Assembly: GCA_025061835.1 (NCBI GenBank)
Contig: JANXAC010000006.1
Location: forward strand, 33,181 to 97,180
Length of the DNA stretch: 64,000 bases
Source of the DNA: Spirochaetota bacterium
GTDB lineage: Bacteria > Spirochaetota > Brevinematia > DTOW01
Reading direction: 5' to 3'
Shown here piece by piece: positions 29,590 to 39,375 of the stretch (position 1 is the first letter of the stretch; each line of letters starts with the position of its first letter). The notes under the pieces are model-generated. The model had not been told where the DNA came from. It saw only the letters and a program-made list of their open reading frames with translations, and did no database searches. Both the position numbers and the translations under genes were made by a program.

Positions 29590-30180
29590 ATGAAGGGTAA
29601 GGAAGAGGTTAAAAAAGAATTTAATTTTAACCAGATCAAAGAGGAGATGAAAAAGCATTTTGAAGAAAGCATTAATGTTTATAAAGAAGAACTTAAAAAG
29701 ATAAGGACAGGCAGGGCTTCAACGCTTATAGTTGAGGATATCAAAGTTGATTACTACAATAGTCTAACCCCAATCAAGCAACTTGCTACAATATCTGTAA
29801 GTGATGCTTCAACTGTTGTTATCTCTCCTTGGGATAAAAGCGTTGTCAAAGCTATTGAGAAATCTCTGATGACATCAAATCTAGGATTGAGCATAAGCGT
29901 TGATGGCAACAACATAAGAGTTCATTTTCCACCTCTAACAGAAGAGAGGAAAAAAGAGATTATAAAGTATTTACACACCAAGTCAGAGGAAGCGAAAGTA
30001 GCAATAAGAAATGTAAGACATAAGTATCTTAAGATTGTGAGAGAGTCAAAAGATAGTGCGCATATCAGTGAAGACCTTGAAAAAAGATACGAACAAGAAA
30101 TTGACAAAATAACCCACGAGTATATTGAAAAGATTGATAGTTTGACAAAAAGTAAAGAAAAAGAAATAATGGAAGTTTAG
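29590..30180 (+). CDS. frr: ribosome recycling factor
   Basis: RRF family by length (196 aa) and conserved blocks (KIRTGRAS...ISVSDASTVVISPWD). Confidence 0.9.
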   Translation: MKGKEEVKKEFNFNQIKEEMKKHFEESINVYKEELKKIRTGRASTLIVEDIKVDYYNSLTPIKQLATISVSDASTVVISPWDKSVVKAIEKSLMTSNLGLSISVDGNNIRVHFPPLTEERKKEIIKYLHTKSEEAKVAIRNVRHKYLKIVRESKDSAHISEDLEKRYEQEIDKITHEYIEKIDSLTKSKEKEIMEV

Positions 30181-30181
30181 G

Positions 30182-30916
30182 ATGAACTTTAAAGAAATTA
30201 TTGAAAAGATTGATAAGAATAAGCTTCCAAAGCATATCGGTATAATAATGGATGGGAACGGAAGATGGGCTAGAATTAGAGGACTACCAAGAGTTGAGGG
30301 ACACAAAGAAGGCTTAAAAGCACTAGAAAACCTACTTGAATTCAATAGATATTTGAGAGTAGAATACATAACTGTTTATGCGTTTTCAAAGGAAAACTGG
30401 CATAGAGACAAGGATGAAGTTGATTTTCTTATGTCAATGGCTCTAAAGGTTTTGAGAGATAAGATAGATGAGTTTAAGAGCAAAGGCATAAGGTTCATAC
30501 ATATAGGAGATACTGAAGGTATATCCCCTGAACTTGTTGAAATGATAAAAATTCTCGAAGATGCTACAAAGGGTGGTGACCTATACACATTGTGTGCTGC
30601 TTTTAACTACAGTGGTAGATATGAAATACTAAATGCTTTTAGAAGAATGATTACTGATTTTAGAGATGGTAAGATTGATGAAAATAGCATAAACGAGAGT
30701 ATAATATCAAACTATATCTACCATCCCGAGATACCTGACATTGACCTCGTTATAAGGACAAGCGGTGAGCAGAGGATAAGTAATTTCATGCTATGGAGAG
30801 TTGCATATTCTGAGTTATACTTCACTGATGTTCTTTGGCCAGACTTTACACCAGATCACTTCGTTAAAGCAATAATAGATTACCAGTCAAGAGAGAGAAG
30901 ATTTGGTAGAGTCTAG
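30182..30916 (+). CDS. uppS: undecaprenyl-diphosphate synthase
   Basis: HIGIIMDGNGRWA and ERR...G motifs. Confidence 0.9.
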   Translation: MNFKEIIEKIDKNKLPKHIGIIMDGNGRWARIRGLPRVEGHKEGLKALENLLEFNRYLRVEYITVYAFSKENWHRDKDEVDFLMSMALKVLRDKIDEFKSKGIRFIHIGDTEGISPELVEMIKILEDATKGGDLYTLCAAFNYSGRYEILNAFRRMITDFRDGKIDENSINESIISNYIYHPEIPDIDLVIRTSGEQRISNFMLWRVAYSELYFTDVLWPDFTPDHFVKAIIDYQSRERRFGRV

Positions 30917-30925
30917 AGGTTTGAT

Positions 30926-31531
30926 ATGGGTAGAAGACCACTTATCCCAAGAATACCAAAAAGGTTTATAATAGGAATAACAGGTAAGATGATGTCAGGT
31001 AAGGATACTGTATGCAAAATCCTACAAGATAGGGGTTTTAAGATTATTGATGCTGACAAGATAGGGCATAAAACTCTTGAGATAAGGAAGGAAGAGATAC
31101 TCAAGATGGTTGATAGAAACATTCTTGATGACAATGGAAGTATTGACAGAAAGAAGTTAGCAAATATAGTTTTCTCTGATCCTATGAAATTACAGATACT
31201 CAACAAACTTACGCACGGAACTATAAAAGAACTCATTAGGCTTGAGATAGAAAAGGACGGCTTTTACTGTATAAATGCCGCTCTACTTTTTGAGATAGGG
31301 TTAGATGAGTTTTGTAATCTAGTTGTTTATGTTGAAGCATCGGAGGATAATATAATCGCTAGATCAACAAGTAGAGGCTTTGATCCAGAAGATGTTAGGA
31401 GAAGAATAAAGTTCCAAAAAGCGCTTGAGGAAGTAAATGATATGGTAGATATAATTATCTACAACAACGGAACACTTGAAGAACTTAGGAATGAAGTTGA
31501 AGAAAAAATATTCTCAATAGTCAAGGTTTAA
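30926..31531 (+). CDS. coaE: dephospho-CoA kinase
   Basis: P-loop IIGITGKMMSGKDTV and CoaE fold length (201 aa). Confidence 0.8.
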   Translation: MGRRPLIPRIPKRFIIGITGKMMSGKDTVCKILQDRGFKIIDADKIGHKTLEIRKEEILKMVDRNILDDNGSIDRKKLANIVFSDPMKLQILNKLTHGTIKELIRLEIEKDGFYCINAALLFEIGLDEFCNLVVYVEASEDNIIARSTSRGFDPEDVRRRIKFQKALEEVNDMVDIIIYNNGTLEELRNEVEEKIFSIVKV

Positions 31532-31537
31532 TATTCA

Positions 31538-32293
31538 TTGTCTTTATCAATCAATAAAGAGTTTATGAAAGAGTCAAGAAATCTAAATGATGATCTCAAA
31601 AAGTTGATAAACAATTTTGAGTATGTTGTTGGAGTGGATGAGGTTGGTAGGGGATGTATCGCTGGTCCTTTGGTTGTATGCGCAGTAGTTGTTAAACCTT
31701 CAACATATATAGAAGGAGTCAAAGACTCTAAATTACTCTCGCCCAAACAGAGAGAAAGCCTCTTATCCCTGATCGTTCAGAAAGTTGAAGATATAGGAAT
31801 TGGTTTTTTATCAAACAAGTTCATAGATGATTTTGGAATAGGAATTTCAATTAGAATTGCTATTTTAGAAGCACTCTCAAATCTTAATAGAATACCTAAA
31901 CTCATCATAACCGATTATGTGAATATAAAAAGTGAAACGGTTGAAAATTTTCTTAATAGTTCAAATCTTCCAACTAGCAAACTAAACAGATACAAGGAAA
32001 TATATGGAAGGTTGAAGAAATTTGATTGGGCCACTCTATTCAAGGAACGGGATGATGAATGTATTTTTTACCTTAGTCTTAAGAAAGCAGATGTATTTAT
32101 TCACTCAGTATCAATTGCGTCAGTAGTTGCAAAAGTTTTGAGAGACAGGTATATGAAACACATCTCTAGGAAGTATCCAGAATATCATTTTGATAGAAAC
32201 AAGGGATACGGAACTAGGGAACATATAGAAGCCATTGAAATAAATGGAATATCCGATATTCATCGTTTATCTTTCAAATACTCCAAGTTCTAA
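31538..32293 (+). CDS. rnhB: ribonuclease HII
   Basis: VGVDEVGRGCIAGPLVV active-site block. Confidence 0.85.
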   Translation: MSLSINKEFMKESRNLNDDLKKLINNFEYVVGVDEVGRGCIAGPLVVCAVVVKPSTYIEGVKDSKLLSPKQRESLLSLIVQKVEDIGIGFLSNKFIDDFGIGISIRIAILEALSNLNRIPKLIITDYVNIKSETVENFLNSSNLPTSKLNRYKEIYGRLKKFDWATLFKERDDECIFYLSLKKADVFIHSVSIASVVAKVLRDRYMKHISRKYPEYHFDRNKGYGTREHIEAIEINGISDIHRLSFKYSKF

Positions 32294-32394
32294 ACCAAAG
32301 AATTTAGCATAACTTCACATCCTGCGTGTAAGAATTTTAGAATTAGTTTAACTATGAGATTCTTTCTATAAAAGGATTTCTTAGTTGAAGGTGA

Positions 32395-32556
<162 letters not shown>

Positions 32557-32611
32557 AATGAACTAGGAAAAAGCTTAAAAAATTCATCGTTAATAGAAAG
32601 ATAAATAAGAG

Positions 32612-32630
32612 AAGGGGGGATATCCCCCTT
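32612..32630 (-). terminator. probable rho-independent terminator of pstS
   Basis: AAGGGGG-gatat-CCCCCTT hairpin 12 nt past the pstS stop, followed on the minus strand by CUCUUAUUUAUCUUUCU. Confidence 0.45.
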
Positions 32631-32641
32631 AGATAATGAGA

Positions 32642-33520
32642 TTATAGACCAAGAGATTTTCTTATTTCTTGAACCTTCTTGCTAGGTATAGGATAGAAAC
32701 CAACCTTATCTACGATACCTTGTCCTTCTTTTGAAAGTATCCAAGAGATATAAGCTTTTATCTCAGGTCTGTTAAACTGCTCTTCTGTGAGATAGATGTA
32801 TAGATATCTTGAGATAGGATATAGTCCCTTAACAACATTATCCATAGATGGTTCATAGGCTTTTTCACCAGCCTTTGGAGAAACACTTATAGCCCTAGCA
32901 CCCTTTAAGTATCCTATTCCTCCATAACCTATACCATACTTATCTCTTTTAACTGCATTAAGGACAGAAGCAGTTCCGGGCATGTTTTGAGCTAATGGGT
33001 CAAAGTCCTCATTCTGTAAGACATGCTCCTTAAAGTAAACATAAGTTCCAGAGTTATTCTCTCGGGAGTAGAGTTTTATAACCTTGTTATCCCAACCAAG
33101 TTCTGACCAGTTCTTAATCTTACCAGTGAATATCAGTTTTATAGTTTCCATATCTAGTTCCTTTATTGGGTTAGCAGAGTTGACATAGACTGCTAGACCA
33201 TCAAGAGCAACTGGAACCTCTATTAGCTTAGCACCTGCACCTTCGATCTGTTGCTTCTCCTTATCTTTTATAGGTCTTGAAGAGTTTGCAATGTCGGTAG
33301 TTTTGTTTATCAGTGCTGCTATACCAGTTCCTGACCCACCTCCGGTAACCTGTATTACCACATCCTTATTCTTCTTCATATACACTTCTGCCCATCTCTG
33401 CCCAAGGATCACCATCGTATCTGATCCTTTGACAGTTATTGTTTTGCTTTGAGCAAGAGCAACCGGCGAAGTTGCAACAGTCAACGCAACTAACATTGAG
33501 ATAATCTTAAAAATCTTCAT
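32642..33520 (-). CDS. pstS: phosphate ABC transporter substrate-binding protein PstS (orphan, no pstCAB nearby)
   Basis: Signal peptide, PstS-family block TGGGSGTGIAALINKTTDIANSSRPIK. 292 aa. Confidence 0.8.
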   Translation of the reverse strand: MKIFKIISMLVALTVATSPVALAQSKTITVKGSDTMVILGQRWAEVYMKKNKDVVIQVTGGGSGTGIAALINKTTDIANSSRPIKDKEKQQIEGAGAKLIEVPVALDGLAVYVNSANPIKELDMETIKLIFTGKIKNWSELGWDNKVIKLYSRENNSGTYVYFKEHVLQNEDFDPLAQNMPGTASVLNAVKRDKYGIGYGGIGYLKGARAISVSPKAGEKAYEPSMDNVVKGLYPISRYLYIYLTEEQFNRPEIKAYISWILSKEGQGIVDKVGFYPIPSKKVQEIRKSLGL

Positions 33521-33550
33521 ACTTATCCTCCTTAAAAGATTTTCCTAAAT

Positions 33551-33639
33551 TGTAAAGACATTATGTAAAGTGAATGTAAAATTACTTTCACTACATTGTA
33601 AAACACTGAAACATCAATTCTAAACATTAAGATTGTAAA
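33551..33639 (-). promoter_or_regulatory. array of five TTTACA direct repeats (PhoP/Pho-box-like) in the pstS promoter region
   Basis: On the pstS strand TTTACA occurs 5 times with start-to-start spacings 13, 11, 22 and 37 nt, beginning 31 nt upstream of the pstS ATG. Firmicute-type PhoP boxes are TT(A/T/C)ACA repeats with about 11-bp phasing. Confidence 0.5.
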
Positions 33640-33679
33640 TTTATTCCGAAGATTATATAAGATACTTTAAGAGGCAGTT

Positions 33680-34747
33680 ATGAGAAAGACCATTATATAC
33701 AGTATTCTAGGACTAGTATTCGCAGGCTTAATTATCGCAAGTTTCTTAATATACAACGCTTACCGAGAAAACAACCAATACAATACTATCAGGAATAGGT
33801 TTGAGTTTGAACTGTATGAAGATGTTGTAAGAGACGGAACTAAATTTCTAGCAGATTATCCTAGAAGTAAGTATTATTATGAGGTTGAGTATTTTGTAGC
33901 ATACAGTAGTTTCATGGTAGGAAGGTCAGAAAGTGCCAAAAGAAGAGTTATGAATCTAATATCAAAGTTTTTTAGCGAAAACAGAAACGATGAGATACTG
34001 ACCAAAACGATAGAGTTATTGATTGACATATTGAAAGAAAGGAATGAAAGTATGAATCCAGAAATTGAGGAATACCTAAGGACTGCCTTGGTTAGAACAA
34101 CGGACCAGAAAGTCAAAGAGAACATCCTAACTCAACTCGGATATATATACCTATACAGAAAAGATTATGACAATGCACTAATGTATTTTGAAAGGGCTAA
34201 TAATGAATACTCTCAACTTGGCAAAGCCAGAGTCTATATTGACAAAGGTGACTACGAGTCTGCCTTTTATGTGTATGACAACTTCCTTAAGTATAATCCT
34301 AACAGCAAATATTACAAGTCAGTATATGATGCTTATGCTAAGCAGTTGTATGGATATGCTTCTAGACTGTTGAGGGACAAGGAATACTCAACTGCAGTCA
34401 GATATTACGAGAGAGTTCTACAGACTTTCCCAAACACTATCTACGAAGATGCAAGTCTTTACTGGCTCGGCGAGATATTTGCCATAAACAAACAGTATGA
34501 TAAGGCTATTGAATTCTTTAACAGAGCGATGGTCAATGAACCAAAGAATAAGGATGAGGATGCTTTGTTTAAGAGAGGAGTTGTTCTATACTATGCCGGT
34601 AGGTTGGTAGATTCTGTTGCTAATTTCAAAAAATTCATTCTTGAATATCCTAACTCAAGGCTTGCAAATGAAGCAAAGAGATGGGTTGAAGTTCTAACAA
34701 GAGAGATACAATATTCCTACGAAACTGAGGATGAAGTTCCTGAATAA
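33680..34747 (+). CDS. TPR-repeat protein with N-terminal membrane anchor
   Basis: One N-terminal TM helix then multiple TPR-like repeats (YYEVEYFVAYS..., ALMYFERAN..., AFYVYDNFLKYNPN...). 17-bp overlap with the next gene. Confidence 0.55.
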   Translation: MRKTIIYSILGLVFAGLIIASFLIYNAYRENNQYNTIRNRFEFELYEDVVRDGTKFLADYPRSKYYYEVEYFVAYSSFMVGRSESAKRRVMNLISKFFSENRNDEILTKTIELLIDILKERNESMNPEIEEYLRTALVRTTDQKVKENILTQLGYIYLYRKDYDNALMYFERANNEYSQLGKARVYIDKGDYESAFYVYDNFLKYNPNSKYYKSVYDAYAKQLYGYASRLLRDKEYSTAVRYYERVLQTFPNTIYEDASLYWLGEIFAINKQYDKAIEFFNRAMVNEPKNKDEDALFKRGVVLYYAGRLVDSVANFKKFILEYPNSRLANEAKRWVEVLTREIQYSYETEDEVPE

Positions 34748-36446
34748 CCTAAGACTTTCAGAACATTTGAAATCTAAAATTAGGTCGTTAGGCTCCCTTA
34801 AAAAACTAGAGTTCATAACATCAAAGTCTGGTGATAAAACCATCAGAAAGAATGGTATTTTAATCCATAGTGCCTATGATCCTGTCAGAGAAGCAGAAAA
34901 TCTTGTAAAACAGTTACCTTTAGAAAAAGGTAATAGATATATATTCGTTCTTCTAGGATTAGGTCTAGGCTATCATCTAGAGATCTTGAAAAGAGAATTT
35001 CCTGAATCTGTTTTCATTCCAGTAGAACTGGATGAAGATATTTTAGTTGCGTTTATACAGAACAGGGACGATTTTGTAATTACTAGGTATAACAAGAATG
35101 ACATATACTCTGTTTTGAACTTCGTTGATTTTGCTCTGATAAAGGATGTTAAGTTTATACAACTTCCAAGTCTGTATAGAATATACAGATCCGAATACGA
35201 TGAAATCGGTAACGAGATAGCAAGAGTTGTAAAGGCAAAGTTTGCAGACTTACTAACAAGAATAAACTTTGATAAACTTTGGGTAAAGAATGTGCTTCTC
35301 AACATTCCGAGTATCTTAAAATACGGAAGTTTGTCAGAAGATACTCAAAGAGAATTCATTCTTGGAGTAAGAGACAAACCTTTTGTGATTGTTGGAGCAG
35401 GATATTCAGGTTTGCTTCTGTTTGACATAATCAAGAAGTATAGAGACAGATTTATTTTGTGTGCCGTTGATACGGTTTTGAAGTCTCTCTTGAGTTTTGG
35501 TATCACACCTGACATTATCTTTGCGCTTGACTCGCAGATAGCGAATATAAAAGACTTTTTTGGTATTAAAACAGAAGGTCTCACTCTATTTGCAGATGTA
35601 GTTGTCTCACCAGAACTTGTAAGAAACTTTAGGGGTAGAGTTCTTATAACAAAAACTTCTCACACAGAAGTGATAGGAGGAATTAAATTTGAGATCACGA
35701 ACAGTGTAGTATCTTGGGTTGAGGAAATTTTGGGATACAGACTTTTAGGGCTTGAGAGTGGTGGATCGGTTATAACAAACTTGTTTCATCTATCACTCCT
35801 TCTAGGTGCAAATCCTATCATAATGATTGGTGTAGATTTAGGATTTCCATACCTTGTGTCTCACATTGTAGGAACACCTTCAAATGAACACTTCATTCTC
35901 AAAGGCAATGTATTCTCTACATCAGATACCATCTCTACGAATTATGTTTTGAAGGATTATATTAAAGCTGAAAGTGTGAACGGTGGGGAATGTATAACAC
36001 ACAAGATAATGGAGACATACAAACTCTGGTTTGATAGCGCTAGCGATACTTCAAACTTAAACAATGTCTATAATATATCAGACGGAGTCAAACTAAAGGG
36101 CATAAACAGTCTATCAACTAGTGATGGGAGAGAGTTTTTTGATTCGTTTTTTTCAAACAAACCTAGCATCTCAATAAAAACCATTGAACCAAAGAGTATA
36201 GACATTGATACTAGAAGAATTCTGAAGAATTTTAGCATTCTTAGTGAAGATTTGGAGTTTTTAATCAAAGACTTTTCGCAGGATAAGTTTAACCAAATGA
36301 TACGTCAGTATCCTTTTTTGTCAAATGTCGTCAGCAAGACACTCTTCCCAGTTTATAGGGGCCAGAAAAGTTTTGAAGATGTTGTTGATGAAATAAAGAA
36401 AGATTTTGGTTATTTAGTCAACATTTTGAAAAACCTTCATCTATAA
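34731..36446 (+). CDS. DUF115 / Maf-like (motility accessory factor, MptE-like) protein
   Basis: Central block FVIVGAGYSGL...CAVDTVLKSLLSFGITPDIIFALDSQ resembles the DUF115 core of Campylobacter/Helicobacter Maf flagellin-glycosylation proteins. 571 aa. Confidence 0.45.
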   Translation: MKFLNNLRLSEHLKSKIRSLGSLKKLEFITSKSGDKTIRKNGILIHSAYDPVREAENLVKQLPLEKGNRYIFVLLGLGLGYHLEILKREFPESVFIPVELDEDILVAFIQNRDDFVITRYNKNDIYSVLNFVDFALIKDVKFIQLPSLYRIYRSEYDEIGNEIARVVKAKFADLLTRINFDKLWVKNVLLNIPSILKYGSLSEDTQREFILGVRDKPFVIVGAGYSGLLLFDIIKKYRDRFILCAVDTVLKSLLSFGITPDIIFALDSQIANIKDFFGIKTEGLTLFADVVVSPELVRNFRGRVLITKTSHTEVIGGIKFEITNSVVSWVEEILGYRLLGLESGGSVITNLFHLSLLLGANPIIMIGVDLGFPYLVSHIVGTPSNEHFILKGNVFSTSDTISTNYVLKDYIKAESVNGGECITHKIMETYKLWFDSASDTSNLNNVYNISDGVKLKGINSLSTSDGREFFDSFFSNKPSISIKTIEPKSIDIDTRRILKNFSILSEDLEFLIKDFSQDKFNQMIRQYPFLSNVVSKTLFPVYRGQKSFEDVVDEIKKDFGYLVNILKNLHL

Positions 36447-36485
36447 ACTCTAGGAGTAGTTTGTATACTTAAGAGGTCAAAAAAA

Positions 36486-38468
36486 GTGGAATTTTATTTT
36501 CGTTATAGTTATACTAATCTTATGGATTTAAAGAAGATAGTATCTTTGCTTGATGAAATAGACGATACAGATTCAAGTGAAGAAATTGAGATTGTTGCTT
36601 TCAGCATAAAGGAAGCCTTAGAGATTGCAAGTAGGGAATTCAATACTGAAATGTACAATTTAGAGTATGAAATTATAGAGAGTGGCAGCAGTGGATTTTT
36701 TGGGATAGGTAGAAAACCATATAGAGTTTTAGTTAGGAAGACAACTAGTCTCTCTAGTTCTTATGAGTCCGAAGTCCATACCGATGAAATATTAGGTATA
36801 GATGGGAAATTTTTTATCGCTCATACGCATGAAGGTGTGTTCGTTAAGGTAATTCCACCACAAGGTAAGGGTAAGTTTGTCAGTTTTGATGAGATAGTAG
36901 ATGAGTTAAGAAGCAGAGGATTCTCAAATTTTGATGAAGGCAAGATAAAGAAGGAAGTCCAATCCCCAACTGGTGTTCCTATCCTTGTTGGACCACCTGT
37001 TGCCACTGATCCATCAGAAGACAGTAATCCTCACATAGAGGTTCTACCAGACGAAACTAGAGCATTACTTACATTGTCAAAGCCTTCTAACAGAGGTAAA
37101 GTTCCATCTCCTGATGAGATACTAAAACTTCTCAATATTCAAGGTGTAGTTCACGGTATAGTTAGAGAAAACATTGAAAAGGCCGTTTATGAGGGCATTT
37201 TTGATGTTCCTGTTGAGGTGGCAATTTGGACTGCTCCTGAACCTGGCAAAGATGCTAAGATAAACTACTACGTAAAGTTAGATAAATCATCAAGTATCTC
37301 TAAGATTTCTATGGCAGAGAGTTTTGATTTTCATAAGGTTATGGAAATAGAGAATGTTGTAAAGGGCCAAGTCCTTGCTTCAAAGGAACCCGCAACGAAA
37401 GGTAAACCGGGGATGACCATAAAAGGTAAAGTAATACCAGTTCCTGATGGTAAAGATGTTTCTCTCCAATCAATAGCAGGTAAAGGTGTAGAAATATCTC
37501 CTGATGGACTGGAGCTGATAGCCAAGGAACAAGGGCAAGTTGTATTCAAGCAAGGTAAGATTAATATTGAGCCTATTCTGGAGATATTAGGTGATGTTAC
37601 TACAGAAACTGGAGATGTAGATTTTGTTGGTAATGTTATAATAAGAGGGAGTGTAAGAGATACCTATAAAGTCAAAGCTGGTGGTAATGTTGATATATGG
37701 GGAACAGTTGAAAAAGCAGAGATAATAGCAGACGGTAATGTAATAGTGAGGACTGGCATACAAGGCAAGGAGGCAGGTAAGGTTGTCGCAGGAGGAGATG
37801 TGATATCAAAGTTTATAGAGCGTGCTAATGTCAGAGCGGGAGGTAATGTAATAGCTCTTGAATATATACTACACAGCAACATAGTCTCAAAGTCAAGAGT
37901 ATTCTGCTTCGGTAGGAAAGCAAGTATAGCCGGTGGTAGTGTAAAGGCACTTTACGAGGTAGCAGCTAAGCAGTTAGGTGCAGAGTCTTGGGTTGAAACA
38001 TCTATTGAGGTTGGTTCCGACCCAGACATACAAGAAGAACACGATGAGCTTGTAAGAAGAAAAGAATTATTGACATCCAAGGTCACTGATATAAAAAAGG
38101 AGCTATTGGTATTTCAGCAGATGATCCAGAATTACGGTAGAGTTCCTCAAGACAAAGAAGAACGTTATAATACTTTGAATAACACTCTGAAAGAATATTC
38201 TCAAGAACTGGAAGAGATAGAAAGAAGACTAAAGGAAATAAGAGAACAATTAGATCAAGCAGTTGTTGAAGCAAAAGTTAGTGCGTATGGTATTTGCTAT
38301 CCAAATGTCAAGATAAAAATAAGAGATGCTATACATCATTGTAAGGATGACTACAAATTTGTTACATTCAAGAGAGAAGGAAGATCCATAATAATAGTTC
38401 CTTACGAAGAGTCTCAGGATATGAGAGATAAGAAGAAAGAAATAACAGAACGTGCGAGGAAATTGTAG
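36486..38468 (+). CDS. DUF342 / FapA-like protein (beta-helix repeats + C-terminal coiled coil)
   Basis: Tandem G-x-V/I repeats (GDVDFVGNVIIRGSV...AGGNVDIWGTV...ADGNVIVRTGI...AGGDVISKFIERANVRAGGNVIA) followed by a coiled coil, the architecture of the flagellar-assembly-protein-A family. Confidence 0.55.
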   Translation: MEFYFRYSYTNLMDLKKIVSLLDEIDDTDSSEEIEIVAFSIKEALEIASREFNTEMYNLEYEIIESGSSGFFGIGRKPYRVLVRKTTSLSSSYESEVHTDEILGIDGKFFIAHTHEGVFVKVIPPQGKGKFVSFDEIVDELRSRGFSNFDEGKIKKEVQSPTGVPILVGPPVATDPSEDSNPHIEVLPDETRALLTLSKPSNRGKVPSPDEILKLLNIQGVVHGIVRENIEKAVYEGIFDVPVEVAIWTAPEPGKDAKINYYVKLDKSSSISKISMAESFDFHKVMEIENVVKGQVLASKEPATKGKPGMTIKGKVIPVPDGKDVSLQSIAGKGVEISPDGLELIAKEQGQVVFKQGKINIEPILEILGDVTTETGDVDFVGNVIIRGSVRDTYKVKAGGNVDIWGTVEKAEIIADGNVIVRTGIQGKEAGKVVAGGDVISKFIERANVRAGGNVIALEYILHSNIVSKSRVFCFGRKASIAGGSVKALYEVAAKQLGAESWVETSIEVGSDPDIQEEHDELVRRKELLTSKVTDIKKELLVFQQMIQNYGRVPQDKEERYNTLNNTLKEYSQELEEIERRLKEIREQLDQAVVEAKVSAYGICYPNVKIKIRDAIHHCKDDYKFVTFKREGRSIIIVPYEESQDMRDKKKEITERARKL

Positions 38469-38471
38469 ATA

Positions 38472-38924
38472 TCACCTATACGAGATTATCTTCCACTCAT
38501 TACCAAACTTCTTGAATAAATAACTGGTTTCTCTCCTAACATCCACAGTTTCTACATCCTTACCTCTAGGGACACTCCTCTTATAGTCCCACTCAACAAT
38601 AGCTAACGCTAGGTTCTCATCCTTGTATATTTTAACTTCCTTAATAGTTGGATTACGAAGAAGATCTATCTCTTTCTTTATCATTCCGTATCTTTGAGGA
38701 TTTTGAACCTCAAGAATTATACGCTGAAAATCTCTCTTAGCCTTACCTTCAGACATAGGTAGTATCTTCTCAAACTCCATCTTAGTATAACTATCCAAAA
38801 TGACTCTCAACAATTGAGACACCTTGTATACATCTTCTTTTGCAAAATCTTCACTGAAACCTGAGAAGAATAGAATAATAAAGAAAACTATAGCAAATAC
38901 TACTCTTGTTAATGTTCTACTCAT
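38472..38924 (-). CDS. hypothetical membrane-anchored small protein
   Basis: 150 aa, N-terminal TM helix. Overlaps the 3' end of the fliJ-like gene by 8 nt (operon). Confidence 0.4.
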   Translation of the reverse strand: MSRTLTRVVFAIVFFIILFFSGFSEDFAKEDVYKVSQLLRVILDSYTKMEFEKILPMSEGKAKRDFQRIILEVQNPQRYGMIKKEIDLLRNPTIKEVKIYKDENLALAIVEWDYKRSVPRGKDVETVDVRRETSYLFKKFGNEWKIISYR

Positions 38925-39348
38925 CCTTACCTAACCTCCTGCTTATAATCTCATCAACTTCAGAATATTCTTCCTTCATAAGTCCCTTAGAATAATCATC
39001 ATAGGCCTTATCCTTAAGTTTTTGAATGACTTTCACCTCGCTATCTTTCTTGAGATACTTTGACATCGCTTCTCTGAAAGGAACTTCCTTTCTCCTAACA
39101 TCCTCGCTCTGATATTTCTGCATCCTCTCATTAAGGATTATATACCTTTCTACAAACTGTCTATTCTCTAGGCTAGGGTTCTTCTTCATATCCTCAATCG
39201 CATTTCTTTTTTCATCTTTCAACTTATTGGCTTTTGCTACTTCAATGTTATACTCACTTGCCTTTCTGGCAAGGTTTTGTCTTTCAATATCTCTTTGTTT
39301 TTGCTTTATTTCAAGAACCCTCTGAAGTCTAAAACTAAATCTTTTCAT
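38917..39348 (-). CDS. fliJ: FliJ-like flagellar export chaperone (coiled-coil)
   Basis: 143 aa, all coiled-coil. N-terminus MKRFSFRLQRVLEIKQKQRDIE matches the FliJ pattern (M..F.FRLE.VL..R). Could alternatively be another small coiled-coil chaperone. Confidence 0.4.
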   Translation of the reverse strand: MKRFSFRLQRVLEIKQKQRDIERQNLARKASEYNIEVAKANKLKDEKRNAIEDMKKNPSLENRQFVERYIILNERMQKYQSEDVRRKEVPFREAMSKYLKKDSEVKVIQKLKDKAYDDYSKGLMKEEYSEVDEIISRRLGKDE

Positions 39349-39375
39349 ATTGTATAAATAATTTCGTCAATACTT

